The notes under the pieces are model-generated. The model saw only the letters and a program-made list of their open reading frames with translations, did no database searches and was not told where the DNA came from. A DNA stretch of 64,000 nt from Anaerolineaceae bacterium (GTDB lineage Bacteria > Chloroflexota > Anaerolineae > Aggregatilineales > Phototrophicaceae), in assembly GCA_020634135.1 (NCBI GenBank), contig JACKCG010000007.1:81550-145549 (forward strand), in the 5' to 3' direction. This document shows, piece after piece, positions 47,248 to 56,231 of the stretch. Position numbers and translations under genes: made by a program. Positions within the stretch are counted from its first letter, which is position 1. Each line of letters opens with the position of its first letter.

Positions 47248-48264
47248 TCAAAGCTGCTGATGGAATGCCACGAGCGTCTCACGGAAGCCCTCTGGTAGTG
47301 TGGCCTGCGTCACTGGCACCCACTCCCAGCCAGGCGGCGTGATACGGTGGGATAGGGGGTAGAAATAGTATAATGTGGTGTGTTGGAAAAACTCAGGCGG
47401 CAAGCTGTCCATCGCTTCCGGCAGGGTGGCCGGGCTGGTAGACCAGCTCGCATAGCGCAGGTTGGCGCGATCCACTTCAATTCCCAGGTTATCTACCAGG
47501 GCGCTGCGGGCCGCATCCACCACCAACCGCCCATCGGTCACGCTGCCGGTTGGGAAGCGAGAATCACCCTGCAACTGCAACACCTCGTCATTGTAGACCG
47601 GAATGACCGTCACAACCGCTGTTTGTCTGTGGCGCGGCAGGTGCCGCTGCATACGCAGCTTTTCCAGGTCACGGCGACTGTATGCGGAGAGGATAATCGC
47701 GTGTAGTTGGTCTGCCGCCTGATTGATGTCATCATTCGTGATGAGATAGTCGCACAGGGGCGCATACTGCATCTCCATCTCAACCCGGCACAGCCGCTTT
47801 TCAATCTCTTCCGGGGGTTCGCCCCGCGCCTGCATCCGGGTCCGCAGCACGTCTAGCGCAGGTGGTTTAATAAAAATCAGAATGGTGTTATTCGGGTAAC
47901 AGGAACGGGTATACGTCGCCCCAAACACCTCGATATCCGCGATCAGGTCTTCACCAGCGCCCATAGCGCCCTCAACGGTCATACGCGGAATGCCATAAAG
48001 ATGCCCATGAACAACCTGGTGTTCCAGGAGTGCGTCGCGGGCAATCATCGTTTCAAATTCATCACGGGTGACAAACAGGTGTTCCCGCCCCTGTTTTTCT
48101 CCTGGGCGGATTGGGCGGGTTGTAGCGGTTGGAAGTTGGCGGATTTGATGACCAGATCGTGCCAGTACTGCTTTCATCAAGGAGTTTTTACCGACCCCAG
48201 GTGGGCCAACCAGTAAAAAAAGCAGTCCCAGAAAATGTTGTGGAATCCCTGTCACGACTTGCAT
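47248..48264 (-). CDS. gmk: Guanylate kinase fused to a C-terminal degenerate Nudix-like domain
   Basis: GPPGVGKNSL P-loop and TTRPIRPGEKQGREHLFV. The C-terminal ~150 aa has FPTGSVTDGRLVVDAARSALVDNLGIEV, a Nudix-box-like spacing that lacks the catalytic glutamates. Confidence 0.75.
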   Translation of the reverse strand: MQVVTGIPQHFLGLLFLLVGPPGVGKNSLMKAVLARSGHQIRQLPTATTRPIRPGEKQGREHLFVTRDEFETMIARDALLEHQVVHGHLYGIPRMTVEGAMGAGEDLIADIEVFGATYTRSCYPNNTILIFIKPPALDVLRTRMQARGEPPEEIEKRLCRVEMEMQYAPLCDYLITNDDINQAADQLHAIILSAYSRRDLEKLRMQRHLPRHRQTAVVTVIPVYNDEVLQLQGDSRFPTGSVTDGRLVVDAARSALVDNLGIEVDRANLRYASWSTSPATLPEAMDSLPPEFFQHTTLYYFYPLSHRITPPGWEWVPVTQATLPEGFRETLVAFHQQL

Positions 48265-48365
48265 CCTTATTACCCGGGTACAGGTAGTGTATTATATCAG
48301 GTAGTGTATCAGGATGGCCCGTCAGGGACTATAGGAAATTTGTTAGAAAATACAAAGCCTGTCCG

Positions 48366-48394
48366 ATAACAAACAAGGGGCCGAAGCCCCCTGT
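48366..48394 (-). terminator. Rho-independent terminator downstream of the giant gene
   Basis: Minus strand: CAGGGGGC-TTCG-GCCCCTTG followed by TTTGTT. Confidence 0.6.
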
Positions 48395-48454
48395 TCGCTG
48401 TTCGTCTCAGAGATGATGGCGGAGTACGGCGAACCGCCGCACCCCGACCTCAGC

Positions 48455-51400
48455 TTAGTTGTTCACCTGGATTTCCGTAATCCACCAACCATCTCTCACA
48501 GAACTGGTTGTGTATAGTCGGAAGCGCAGGCCGATGTAATTGTTCACATAGGACGCCAGGTTATGCCGCCGCAACATCCAGTCCCGCGATGGTGGCAACC
48601 ACTGCGCTGAACCTGAGATAGTCGGACTGTCGCAGCCCGGTGTACACCCGTTCGACAGATTATTCTGTGTCCAGGTGAAGCCCCCACTGTCAGTCACTTC
48701 CACATAGGCGCGATTGCCACTAGCCAGGTCATAGTAGGTATAGAATTGCAGCTGCGGTGCCCAGACAAAGCCCGGTGTCCCAGGGCTGGGATTATACAGA
48801 TTCAGCAGCCCATTCAGCATGAGTGACGAGTCACCATATAGAACTGAATTGATAACCGGGCTGGTCTGCGTCAGACGTGGGCTATCACTGAAGGAGAAGG
48901 TGTTATTCCCGACAGCCAGCTGGATCACCGCACTACCGCTTGCCTCAAACCATTCCAGGATCATACGGTAGTTACCCGCCGTCAGGGAAACATTTGCCAT
49001 GTAAACCGTCGCGCCCTGAGTCTTCCATTGCTCAACCAGATTCCATCCGGGCGGTTCGCCACCCGCTGGGTACGTTTCGTACCGGAGGCGTACCCCGTCA
49101 TCGGAACGGACGATAAATGTATAGTCACCGGCCTGAACCTGAATGTCGCGCACCCACCGCCCCACGAAGTGATCCGACCAGGTATTATCAAACTCACCGC
49201 CTGGCGGCCTGCCAGAAGTACCGAAATCGTAGTCAATATCACTGCTATAGGCCCGCAGCACCAGACCCGGATTGGCGACATCATAGGCTTCCATCGCGGC
49301 TACATACGTCCCGGTATCCGGATAATCCTCGGGCCTCGGCACACCATTCAGAGTTGAATTGGCGCGTGAGGTACTGCACGAAGCCGGACAGTCAATGAAG
49401 TAACCGTACCAGGGATTCGGGCCTAGCGCCGCCGGGCCACCACCAGAACCTTTCCACATATCCGGTGCCAGCCCCCAAATACCTTCAGCAACCCAGTTGG
49501 CTGTATTCTGAGCGCTATCGAAGAAGGGCAAACCGTAGATGGTGGGATTGTTCAGCACAAACCGCACATCATCCACCCAGAACCCATCCCGCAGACCGCC
49601 GCTTCCGCTGTAAGAGTACACCAGGAACCGGACACGGATTCGCGTCCCGATGAACGACGTCAGATCAATCTGTTCGCGTCCCCAGGTATCCCGCCGCGCC
49701 CATTCACTCTGTATCCAGACCGTTTGCCAGGCGTCCCAACCGTACAGACGCTCATACTGCTGCACAGTCTGAGACGTATTTTCCGGCGCGAACTGCACCA
49801 TAACATAGTCGTTGTCGCCAACATTATAGTGTGTCCAGAAGTACATAATCGGGTTGTCGCTGGCCTGTGTCCCGCGCAGGTCAATGATCGTGCTCATTTC
49901 CAGTACGCTGTAGGTAAGATGCCGGTAGTTGGTGTTTTCCGGCGGGCTGTCATGGAATGACCGCAACAGGCTGCGACGATCCCAGTCAATCCCGAACCAA
50001 TCGCCACCAGCCCACCACCGAGTCCACCAGGCGGATGGTTGGTCAATATTGTCAATATAGTTGCCACCACCAAGGCCCAGGCCACCGGGATTATCCATCT
50101 GACTCCACAGCTTGTGGACGACTTCCTGTTTTTCGTAGACATCTATGTTGTCCACATAGATGCCGTCACCAACAGACGAATTCGAGCGCGCATCCAACCG
50201 GATACGGAAGTAGAAGTCATCATCATGTGTATCACCGTTGCTCTTCAGCGTCGCCCAACTCAACCCGGTAGCCTGTTGGATAGCCGCCAGCAGGTCAATT
50301 TCAACTCGTTCCCAGGCAAGCTGGTCGCGGGTCGTGCTGTTGTAGGTATAGCTCCACACAGGTGTCCAGGCGATTGATGCCGTGCCAGTATCCGTGTTTG
50401 CTGGACGGAAGATGTCCACATAGATCGCTTCGTTGGGATTCAGATCACGCCAATGCCAGAAGGATAGCATCGGATATACTGCCGGGCCGGACGGATTGTT
50501 ATTACAGTCCTTGTTGCCGCCCCAGACCGTCAGATTTTCTGGCGTGTCATTGTTGAAGTCAATCGGGTAGCGCAGTTCAAGCGAGTTGTTTGAACCATGG
50601 ACGTAGTTACCCAATGGACTGTCGGTGAAGGAATGTCCAGCGCCGCCGTAGCCACTGCTGGAGGTCATCCCCCACGACCCGGTGAAGAACCAATTATCAA
50701 TCCCGCGTTCAGCGTCATCACAGAAAGGATACTGGCTGTAGCGCGGCAGCCCTTCCCGTTCGAGGGTAATGTCATCAATGTACCAACCGTCGCGGCTGTT
50801 GCTGTTCTTGTCAACAATCAGGGCGAAACGCAGCCGGAATGGCTGGCTGTACCAGTTCGGGACTGCATTCAACAGGAATTCGACAAACTCATATCCTGCT
50901 GCGGACTGCCCGGTTGCCAGTACATTACCGGCCCGAGTCCAGGTATCCGGCACATTGTCCCGCGCATCCCGCGTCCATTGAATTTCAATGCGGTCTCCCG
51001 AGTCCAGGTCATAAGCACTCCAGAAGGAGAGCATCGGCATACCATCATCGCCCTCCCAATCCGGTTGTCCACCGGAACCATCGGGGAGGATGTCAGTCAG
51101 ATTGATGTCACCGTTGAACTCAACATAGTGTATACGAACATCGTTGGTCGCGTCCTGCTGCCAACCAAAGTCGTCATAGTTCCCGGTGGGGCTGGAATCC
51201 CAGCTCATAGCGGCTGTATCGCCCAGATGAGCATTATTGGTCGTCAATTCGAAGCGACCCGACGAGATGAAGTCACTTTTTTGACTCTGTGAATCGAGGT
51301 TCCACGCCATCCCGCAGGTGAGTTTACTGTCGTGACACACGGTAAACGTCCGCGTATTCCGGTTCGTGATATTGACATCGTCTATGAACCAGCGACGAAT

Positions 51401-52753
51401 GCCCGTTCCGGCGGTACTGCGTACCCGGAAGCGGTACGCCACCTGTGTGTATCCCAGGCCGGAGAGGTCTACCACGTTCCGTGTCCAGTTGTAGTTCGAC
51501 CCACTCGCATGTAGAGGAATCGTCAGCCCGGCTGCCCAGTTCGGGCCGCCACTGGCGAAGTCAGCGCCATAGGGCGCGTACTGTGCAATCTGCAGATCAG
51601 CCGTCGCGCCCGCCTGGAAATCCCAGACATCCCAGAAATTGAGTTCCGGGCTGACGAGGCCGCCAATATCCACATAGCCACGCAGTTCCAGGTGGCAAAG
51701 CATATTGGGTTCAATACCATTCGAGTCCGTAGCATTGTCGAACCAGGCCCAGGCCAGTGTATTCGGCTGGGTTCCGGTAATACGGCCCCAGGCACAACGC
51801 GGATCGCCGCTCCCTAGATTCTGGTCATCCGGTGTGCTGCGTTTCGGCAGGGTGATATCCAGGAACGCACGCGCATTACCGCTGTTTTCCCTGAACTCAA
51901 AGATCAGCGTATGCGTTCCGGCGGTCAGTGTCTGGTTCGTGCTGCGGCTGCCGCTCGTCCACTGGTTCCACACCGTCGTGGAATCAATTTTGAAACTATA
52001 GTAGTCGTCGGCCTCAACGCTGAAATTGAGCGTAATATCGTTCGCAACCTGGATAGTCCGTGTCCACCGTATCGAGAAATTGTCGGTTGCCCAACCCGGT
52101 AGCGGCGAGCCACCACCCCAGTCAAAATTGATATTCCGCTTGTGATTATCGTGAATGCCAGGTCCCCACAAGCTCTGAAGCTCATAATTCCAGATGAAAT
52201 TACGGCCCAGGTATTCAACCGGCGTGCCACTCAGGCTGTTGTTGGGGAAGTATTCGCCCTTCCAGTCCTCACCGCCCAACCAGGCGCTGGTATCCGTCCG
52301 CCACCAATCGGGATGGTCAATCGGATCAATATGCGGCGCAATAAATTCCGCGTCCGTCGCGGTTGGAGTGATTGTATCCGTCTTCGTCGGTGTCGGCGTC
52401 GGTGATGGCACCGTCGGAGAAGGTGTCGGTGTCGGCCCTTCTGTCGGCTCAACCGTGTCTGGCGGCGGCAGGTTCGTCGGGAATGGTGTTTCCTGCGGGG
52501 GATTCAGGGCTATTGCGGTGACGGTCTGCCAGAAGGCAACCGGCCCCGCCCCGGATAAGTCCGAAGGCGTCGTATCCTGTCCCAGCAGGTTATATACCGT
52601 GTTGCTGAAAACGTTCCCCAGAGCCGGGCCAGTCGCGATCAAGGCCGCGGCCAGGGCGATGACGACCAGAATCAGGATCAGCGCATATTCAATTAATGCC
52701 TGACCCGATGATCGCCGCCGTGCTGCTTTAGGGCTGGCGTGCTGTGCATTCAT
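48455..52753 (-). CDS. Giant secreted/surface protein: Flp/TadE-type prepilin-like N-terminus, PT linker, PA14 domain, four jelly-roll-like modules, second PA14, fifth module
   Basis: SSG/QALIEYALILILVVIALAAALIA fits the G/XXXXEY class III signal. PA14-like W.GEYFPNNSLSGTPV (aa ~165-312) and WSDHFVGRWVRDIQVQAGDYTFIVRSDDGVRLRY (aa ~1120-1292). Five modules each carry P.L.FW...D and end in DGW(Y/F/W)(I/V)DD(I/V). The ATG at 52753 is preferred (GAGAGG upstream), and the ORF is open to 52780. Confidence 0.85.
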   Translation of the reverse strand: MNAQHASPKAARRRSSGQALIEYALILILVVIALAAALIATGPALGNVFSNTVYNLLGQDTTPSDLSGAGPVAFWQTVTAIALNPPQETPFPTNLPPPDTVEPTEGPTPTPSPTVPSPTPTPTKTDTITPTATDAEFIAPHIDPIDHPDWWRTDTSAWLGGEDWKGEYFPNNSLSGTPVEYLGRNFIWNYELQSLWGPGIHDNHKRNINFDWGGGSPLPGWATDNFSIRWTRTIQVANDITLNFSVEADDYYSFKIDSTTVWNQWTSGSRSTNQTLTAGTHTLIFEFRENSGNARAFLDITLPKRSTPDDQNLGSGDPRCAWGRITGTQPNTLAWAWFDNATDSNGIEPNMLCHLELRGYVDIGGLVSPELNFWDVWDFQAGATADLQIAQYAPYGADFASGGPNWAAGLTIPLHASGSNYNWTRNVVDLSGLGYTQVAYRFRVRSTAGTGIRRWFIDDVNITNRNTRTFTVCHDSKLTCGMAWNLDSQSQKSDFISSGRFELTTNNAHLGDTAAMSWDSSPTGNYDDFGWQQDATNDVRIHYVEFNGDINLTDILPDGSGGQPDWEGDDGMPMLSFWSAYDLDSGDRIEIQWTRDARDNVPDTWTRAGNVLATGQSAAGYEFVEFLLNAVPNWYSQPFRLRFALIVDKNSNSRDGWYIDDITLEREGLPRYSQYPFCDDAERGIDNWFFTGSWGMTSSSGYGGAGHSFTDSPLGNYVHGSNNSLELRYPIDFNNDTPENLTVWGGNKDCNNNPSGPAVYPMLSFWHWRDLNPNEAIYVDIFRPANTDTGTASIAWTPVWSYTYNSTTRDQLAWERVEIDLLAAIQQATGLSWATLKSNGDTHDDDFYFRIRLDARSNSSVGDGIYVDNIDVYEKQEVVHKLWSQMDNPGGLGLGGGNYIDNIDQPSAWWTRWWAGGDWFGIDWDRRSLLRSFHDSPPENTNYRHLTYSVLEMSTIIDLRGTQASDNPIMYFWTHYNVGDNDYVMVQFAPENTSQTVQQYERLYGWDAWQTVWIQSEWARRDTWGREQIDLTSFIGTRIRVRFLVYSYSGSGGLRDGFWVDDVRFVLNNPTIYGLPFFDSAQNTANWVAEGIWGLAPDMWKGSGGGPAALGPNPWYGYFIDCPASCSTSRANSTLNGVPRPEDYPDTGTYVAAMEAYDVANPGLVLRAYSSDIDYDFGTSGRPPGGEFDNTWSDHFVGRWVRDIQVQAGDYTFIVRSDDGVRLRYETYPAGGEPPGWNLVEQWKTQGATVYMANVSLTAGNYRMILEWFEASGSAVIQLAVGNNTFSFSDSPRLTQTSPVINSVLYGDSSLMLNGLLNLYNPSPGTPGFVWAPQLQFYTYYDLASGNRAYVEVTDSGGFTWTQNNLSNGCTPGCDSPTISGSAQWLPPSRDWMLRRHNLASYVNNYIGLRFRLYTTSSVRDGWWITEIQVNN

Positions 52754-53016
52754 AAGTGCTTGACCTCTCATCCCAATCATGGAAGTCGGATTTGATATGG
52801 AAAATCAGGCCAGCCACAGGCTTGCCGATTCCTACCTCTTATTTATGGTACTCTAATCTGTCAAAATATCGGCTTAGGTTTTGTCGGCAAGTTGTTCAAA
52901 TGCGTTTACAATTTGTCCGGCAAAAATCATAACCTTCCTCACTCGTTTCCCTACATCTCTCATGTTATGCTGTTGGTACCCGAACTTCAATAGCACGGAA
53001 GGACTGTATTGCACCC

Positions 53017-53898
53017 ATGACAGCGACAATTATTAATGGCACCGCGGTAGCGGAACGGATGCGCAACGAGTTGGCGGCAGAAGTCACGCGCTTCAAAGAG
53101 CGGCACGGGTATGCGCCGGGGTTAGGCGCCGTGCTGGCGGGGGATGATCCGGCATCGGCCCAATACGTTCGCATGAAGCGGCGGGCTTGTGAGCAGATTG
53201 GCATTGAATCAACTGCGCATGTGATGGATTCCAGCAGCACCCAGGCCGAGGTTGAAGCGGCAGTGCGCCAGCTCAATGACGACCCGAAAGTGCATGGGAT
53301 TCTCGTGCAGCTCCCGCTCCCCAAACAGATTGATGAGGAGAAGATACTCCAGCTCGTCAGCCTGGATAAAGACGTGGATGGCTTCCATCCCATCAATATC
53401 GGCAAACTCGCCATGAAAGGACGTGAACCAACGTTCACCCCGGCGACCCCCACCGGCTGTATGGTGCTGCTGGAAGAGGTCGGCGCGAAGATTTCCGGCG
53501 CGAATGCGGTCGTCATCGGGCGCAGCAACATTGTCGGGCTTCCGGCGGCCATGATGCTCCTCAAAGCCAACGCCACCGTCACCATCTGCCACAGCCGCAC
53601 TCAGGATATACCCGGCATCGTCAAGCAGGCGGACATCGTGATCGCCGCCATCGGTCAACCGGAATTCGTGAAAGCCGAGTGGCTCAAGCCGGGCGCGGTG
53701 GTGATTGATGTCGGCACCAACCAGGTGGATGATCCAGCCAGCAGCAAGGGCTATCGCTTCGTCGGGGATGTGGACTTTGAAGCGGCCAAAGAAGTCGCCG
53801 GGGCGATCAGCAAAGTGCCGGGTGGCGTCGGCCCGATGACCATCACCATGCTGCTCCACAACACGGTCAAAGCCGCCTGGCGCATCGCCGGGGAATAA
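53017..53898 (+). CDS. folD: Bifunctional methylenetetrahydrofolate dehydrogenase / methenyl-THF cyclohydrolase
   Basis: YVRMKRRACE, HGILVQLPLP, TPTGCM, VVIGRSNIVGLP and PGGVGPMT motifs. Confidence 0.93.
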   Translation: MTATIINGTAVAERMRNELAAEVTRFKERHGYAPGLGAVLAGDDPASAQYVRMKRRACEQIGIESTAHVMDSSSTQAEVEAAVRQLNDDPKVHGILVQLPLPKQIDEEKILQLVSLDKDVDGFHPINIGKLAMKGREPTFTPATPTGCMVLLEEVGAKISGANAVVIGRSNIVGLPAAMMLLKANATVTICHSRTQDIPGIVKQADIVIAAIGQPEFVKAEWLKPGAVVIDVGTNQVDDPASSKGYRFVGDVDFEAAKEVAGAISKVPGGVGPMTITMLLHNTVKAAWRIAGE

Positions 53899-53918
53899 TA
53901 ACTGATACAAGATTCGTA

Positions 53919-53942
53919 GGGGCGGCCCGGCGTGGCCGCCTC
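53919..53942. other. GC-rich stem-loop (possible terminator or element end)
   Basis: GGGGCGGCC-CGGCGT-GGCCGCCTC forms a 9-bp stem with one G-U. There is no U-tract on either strand. Confidence 0.3.
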
Positions 53943-53950
53943 ATTGACAC

Positions 53951-54145
53951 CTAACGTCTACGCGATTGGTCTTGCCTCAGTTTGATGGAGGACAAATAAG
54001 CGGCTTCAAAGTCCGCCGGGCTGAGATAATCCAGTGCCGAATCCCTCGCCATCAATTGCAAAACAACTTCAATGAACTCGAATACCGCCGCCCGTGTCGC
54101 GCCATTTGCCGGAACATACCCCGCCTGCCAACCTCCCACATGCAA
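53951..54145 (-). pseudogene. Relic of an IS3-family transposase (extreme C-terminus of the integrase-core ORF)
   Basis: RAAVFEFIEV...RDSALDYLSPADFEAAY resembles the conserved IS3 OrfB tail (IFxYIExFYNxxRxHSxLGYxSPxxFE) with an internal deletion. No catalytic DDE region or inverted repeats were found. Confidence 0.45.
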
Positions 54146-54264
54146 GCCAGCAGCTGGAGGCTAACCGCCAGCGACCAAACTGAACAAATGTTTAAACAAA
54201 GATTCACCACCTCACGCCCGTTTTATGCTATTGTACTCCTATGGCGACTCCCCCCTACATACTG

Positions 54265-54513
54265 CTCTTTTTACTCGGCACTCGGCACTTTCTCCACTTT
54301 TGCCGCAAAAGTCAGCATCTTGCTGCAAAACTCACCACGCCACACATCCCCATTTTTCCCTCAGAATCACGAATCTTGCGGCAAATACAGCAATTGCAGC
54401 ATTTTTTCGCTTTTATTGCAATTTCCTCCCATCCGAGTTTTCAGCAGTCGTTTCCATCATCGCAACGCTCAGGATTTAGCACAACTTTCCACTTTTTACT
54501 TGGCACTTGGCAC
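54265..54513. repeat. Pair of 24-nt direct repeats (21/24 identical), each containing ACTYGGC x2, within a ~570-bp non-coding island
   Basis: CTCTTTTTACTCGGCACTCGGCAC at 54265-54288 and CACTTTTTACTTGGCACTTGGCAC at 54490-54513. Confidence 0.5.
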
Positions 54514-54716
54514 ATTCGAATGCTTTCGCCTCAGCACTCAAGACTCAGGACTGCTTTTTCCCGGCACTACTCACTGCCTTAAGCTGACGTTTGCCCTACG
54601 CTCCTGGCTTTGGCTGTACATTACCCCAGTATTTGATAGAATTATTGGCTTGTGGTATTGTCAGCTCGCGGCGATAGCCGTGCTGTGCTCAAAAGATTTA
54701 GTACAGAGGTCAGATA

Positions 54717-56141
54717 ATGCAATCAAAGAAGAATGTCATTCAAGGGAGCAGCCTGGCGCTCGTCGCGCTGGTTTTGCTCGTCTCCCTCTTGATTTCCGCC
54801 AGCGTGGCCCAACCGGTCATGGCCCAGGGTCTGCCGACACCAACGGCTACGCCCAATGATCCGATCTGGCGCGGGTTTTCTGCCGTCCGCGCCGCTATTG
54901 AAGAGAAGTTCTCCGTCAGCCTGCCCTATGTGCGCTCGTATGACTGGGAACAGGCCGAGTTCATCGGTGGGATTGATGGCTGCCGTGAATTGGAGAATCC
55001 GCTGGAAGCCCGTCCTATCTACTGGGGCTGGCAGTACACCATCACCAGCCTGTTTGGAGAAGTCTACCAGGGGCGCATCAGTTTTGACCTGAAAGAAGTC
55101 GCCGTCTGTGACGAAGTCCAGGTCGCGGCGGCGCCAGCGCCTGTAAATGGAACCCCCGACCCGAACCTCCCTACCCCGGTTCCGGGCAGCGCAGCCGCTG
55201 GCGGGTTTGAACTGGGCGGTCATGTTCTCGATATGAGCCTGAACACGTTCGGCCTCATGAATCGCGCTGGTATGAAGTGGGTCAAGAAGCAGATCCGCTA
55301 CAACGTCGGTGATGATCCCAGCAACGTCGCAACATTCATCAGCACAGCCCACTCAAACGGCTTCAAGATTCTCCTCGGCATTGTCGGCCAGACTTCGCAG
55401 ATGGGTGACTACAACGGCTACATTAACACCTTTGCCAACTATCTCGGCGGTGTCGCAGCGCTCGGCGCGGATGCGATCGAAGTCTGGAATGAACCGAACA
55501 TTGACCGCGAGTGGCCTGCCGGTACCGTCAACGGAGGCACCTATACCCAGATGCTCGCCGCCGCTTACAACGCCATCAAAGCCAAGAACGGCAACACACT
55601 CGTGATTAGTGGCGCACCGGCACCTACCGGCTACTTTGGCACAGCAGGATGTACCGCCAACGGCTGTAACGATGACACCTTTATGCAACAGATGGCACAG
55701 GCTGGAGCAGCCCAGTACATGGACTGTGTAGGTCTGCACTATAACGAAGGCATTGTTTCACCGCAGACCAACAGCGGCGACCCGCGTGGCGAATACCCAA
55801 CCTACTACTTCAGCTCAATGCTCAACCGGGGCTACTCGCCATTCGGCGGTAAGCCGGTCTGCTTCACCGAGTTGGGGTATCTCTCGCCAGAAGGCTTCAG
55901 CACGCCGCTGCCAGCGAACTTCGCCTGGGCGCAGAACACCAGCGTGGCTGAACATGCGTCCTGGCTCGCGGGCGCGGCTACAGCCGCCTCGCAGAGTGGC
56001 AAGGTTCGCCTCATGATTATCTGGAACGTGGACTTCCCCTTCTTCACGGCAGATGACCCGATGGGTGGCTATGCCCTCTTCCGGCCTAATGCCACCTGCC
56101 CCGGCTGCGACAGCCTGGGCGCGGTGATGAAGGGCAGCTAA
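54717..56141 (+). CDS. Secreted clan GH-A (GH5-like) glycoside hydrolase with an N-terminal domain of unknown function
   Basis: Signal peptide (LALVALVLLVSLLISASVAQPVMAQG). IEVWNEPN is the acid/base Glu motif and CFTELGY is the nucleophile Glu motif. An AGAGG SD lies 7 nt upstream. Confidence 0.68.
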   Translation: MQSKKNVIQGSSLALVALVLLVSLLISASVAQPVMAQGLPTPTATPNDPIWRGFSAVRAAIEEKFSVSLPYVRSYDWEQAEFIGGIDGCRELENPLEARPIYWGWQYTITSLFGEVYQGRISFDLKEVAVCDEVQVAAAPAPVNGTPDPNLPTPVPGSAAAGGFELGGHVLDMSLNTFGLMNRAGMKWVKKQIRYNVGDDPSNVATFISTAHSNGFKILLGIVGQTSQMGDYNGYINTFANYLGGVAALGADAIEVWNEPNIDREWPAGTVNGGTYTQMLAAAYNAIKAKNGNTLVISGAPAPTGYFGTAGCTANGCNDDTFMQQMAQAGAAQYMDCVGLHYNEGIVSPQTNSGDPRGEYPTYYFSSMLNRGYSPFGGKPVCFTELGYLSPEGFSTPLPANFAWAQNTSVAEHASWLAGAATAASQSGKVRLMIIWNVDFPFFTADDPMGGYALFRPNATCPGCDSLGAVMKGS

Positions 56142-56168
56142 ATACATACGGTTACACGCATATCGAAT

Positions 56169-56197
56169 GGGAGAGGCGGGTGTCCTCTCCTATTTTG
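56169..56197 (+). terminator. Rho-independent terminator
   Basis: GGAGAGG-CGGGTGT-CCTCTCC followed by TATTTTG. Confidence 0.7.
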
Positions 56198-56231
56198 ATT
56201 CCATCTTTGTGATACCTTTTCATCTTGCCCG

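Noticed and set aside
50597-51292. 231-aa plus-strand ORF inside the giant gene, together with many other 60-170-aa ORFs in the track
   Set aside because: All lie within and antisense or out of frame to long, motif-supported CDSs, so they are treated as noise.
52781-53016. ZTP (pfl) riboswitch upstream of folD
   Set aside because: folD is a common ZTP-riboswitch target, but neither the GGGUCGUGACUGGCG-like 5' subdomain nor the CCGCCUGGGCA 3' element is present.
52965-53910. Two minus-strand ORFs (211 aa and 233 aa) opposite folD
   Set aside because: They lie antisense to an unambiguous folD gene, and their composition is Ala/Arg/Gly-rich without motifs.
54498-54525. Sigma-54-like promoter (TTGGCACTTGGCACATTCGAATGC)
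   Set aside because: A TGGCAC -24 element is present, but the -12 position reads AATGC rather than TTGC(A/T). The GGCAC strings are part of a duplicated repeat. No enhancer-binding protein or rpoN is in the window. It stays a weak possibility only.
53966-54859. 297-aa plus-strand ORF across the non-coding island
   Set aside because: It runs antisense through the transposase relic and into the start of the GH-A gene. It is low-complexity (Phe/Ser/Leu/Pro-rich), has no SD and no motifs. The region is better explained as non-coding.
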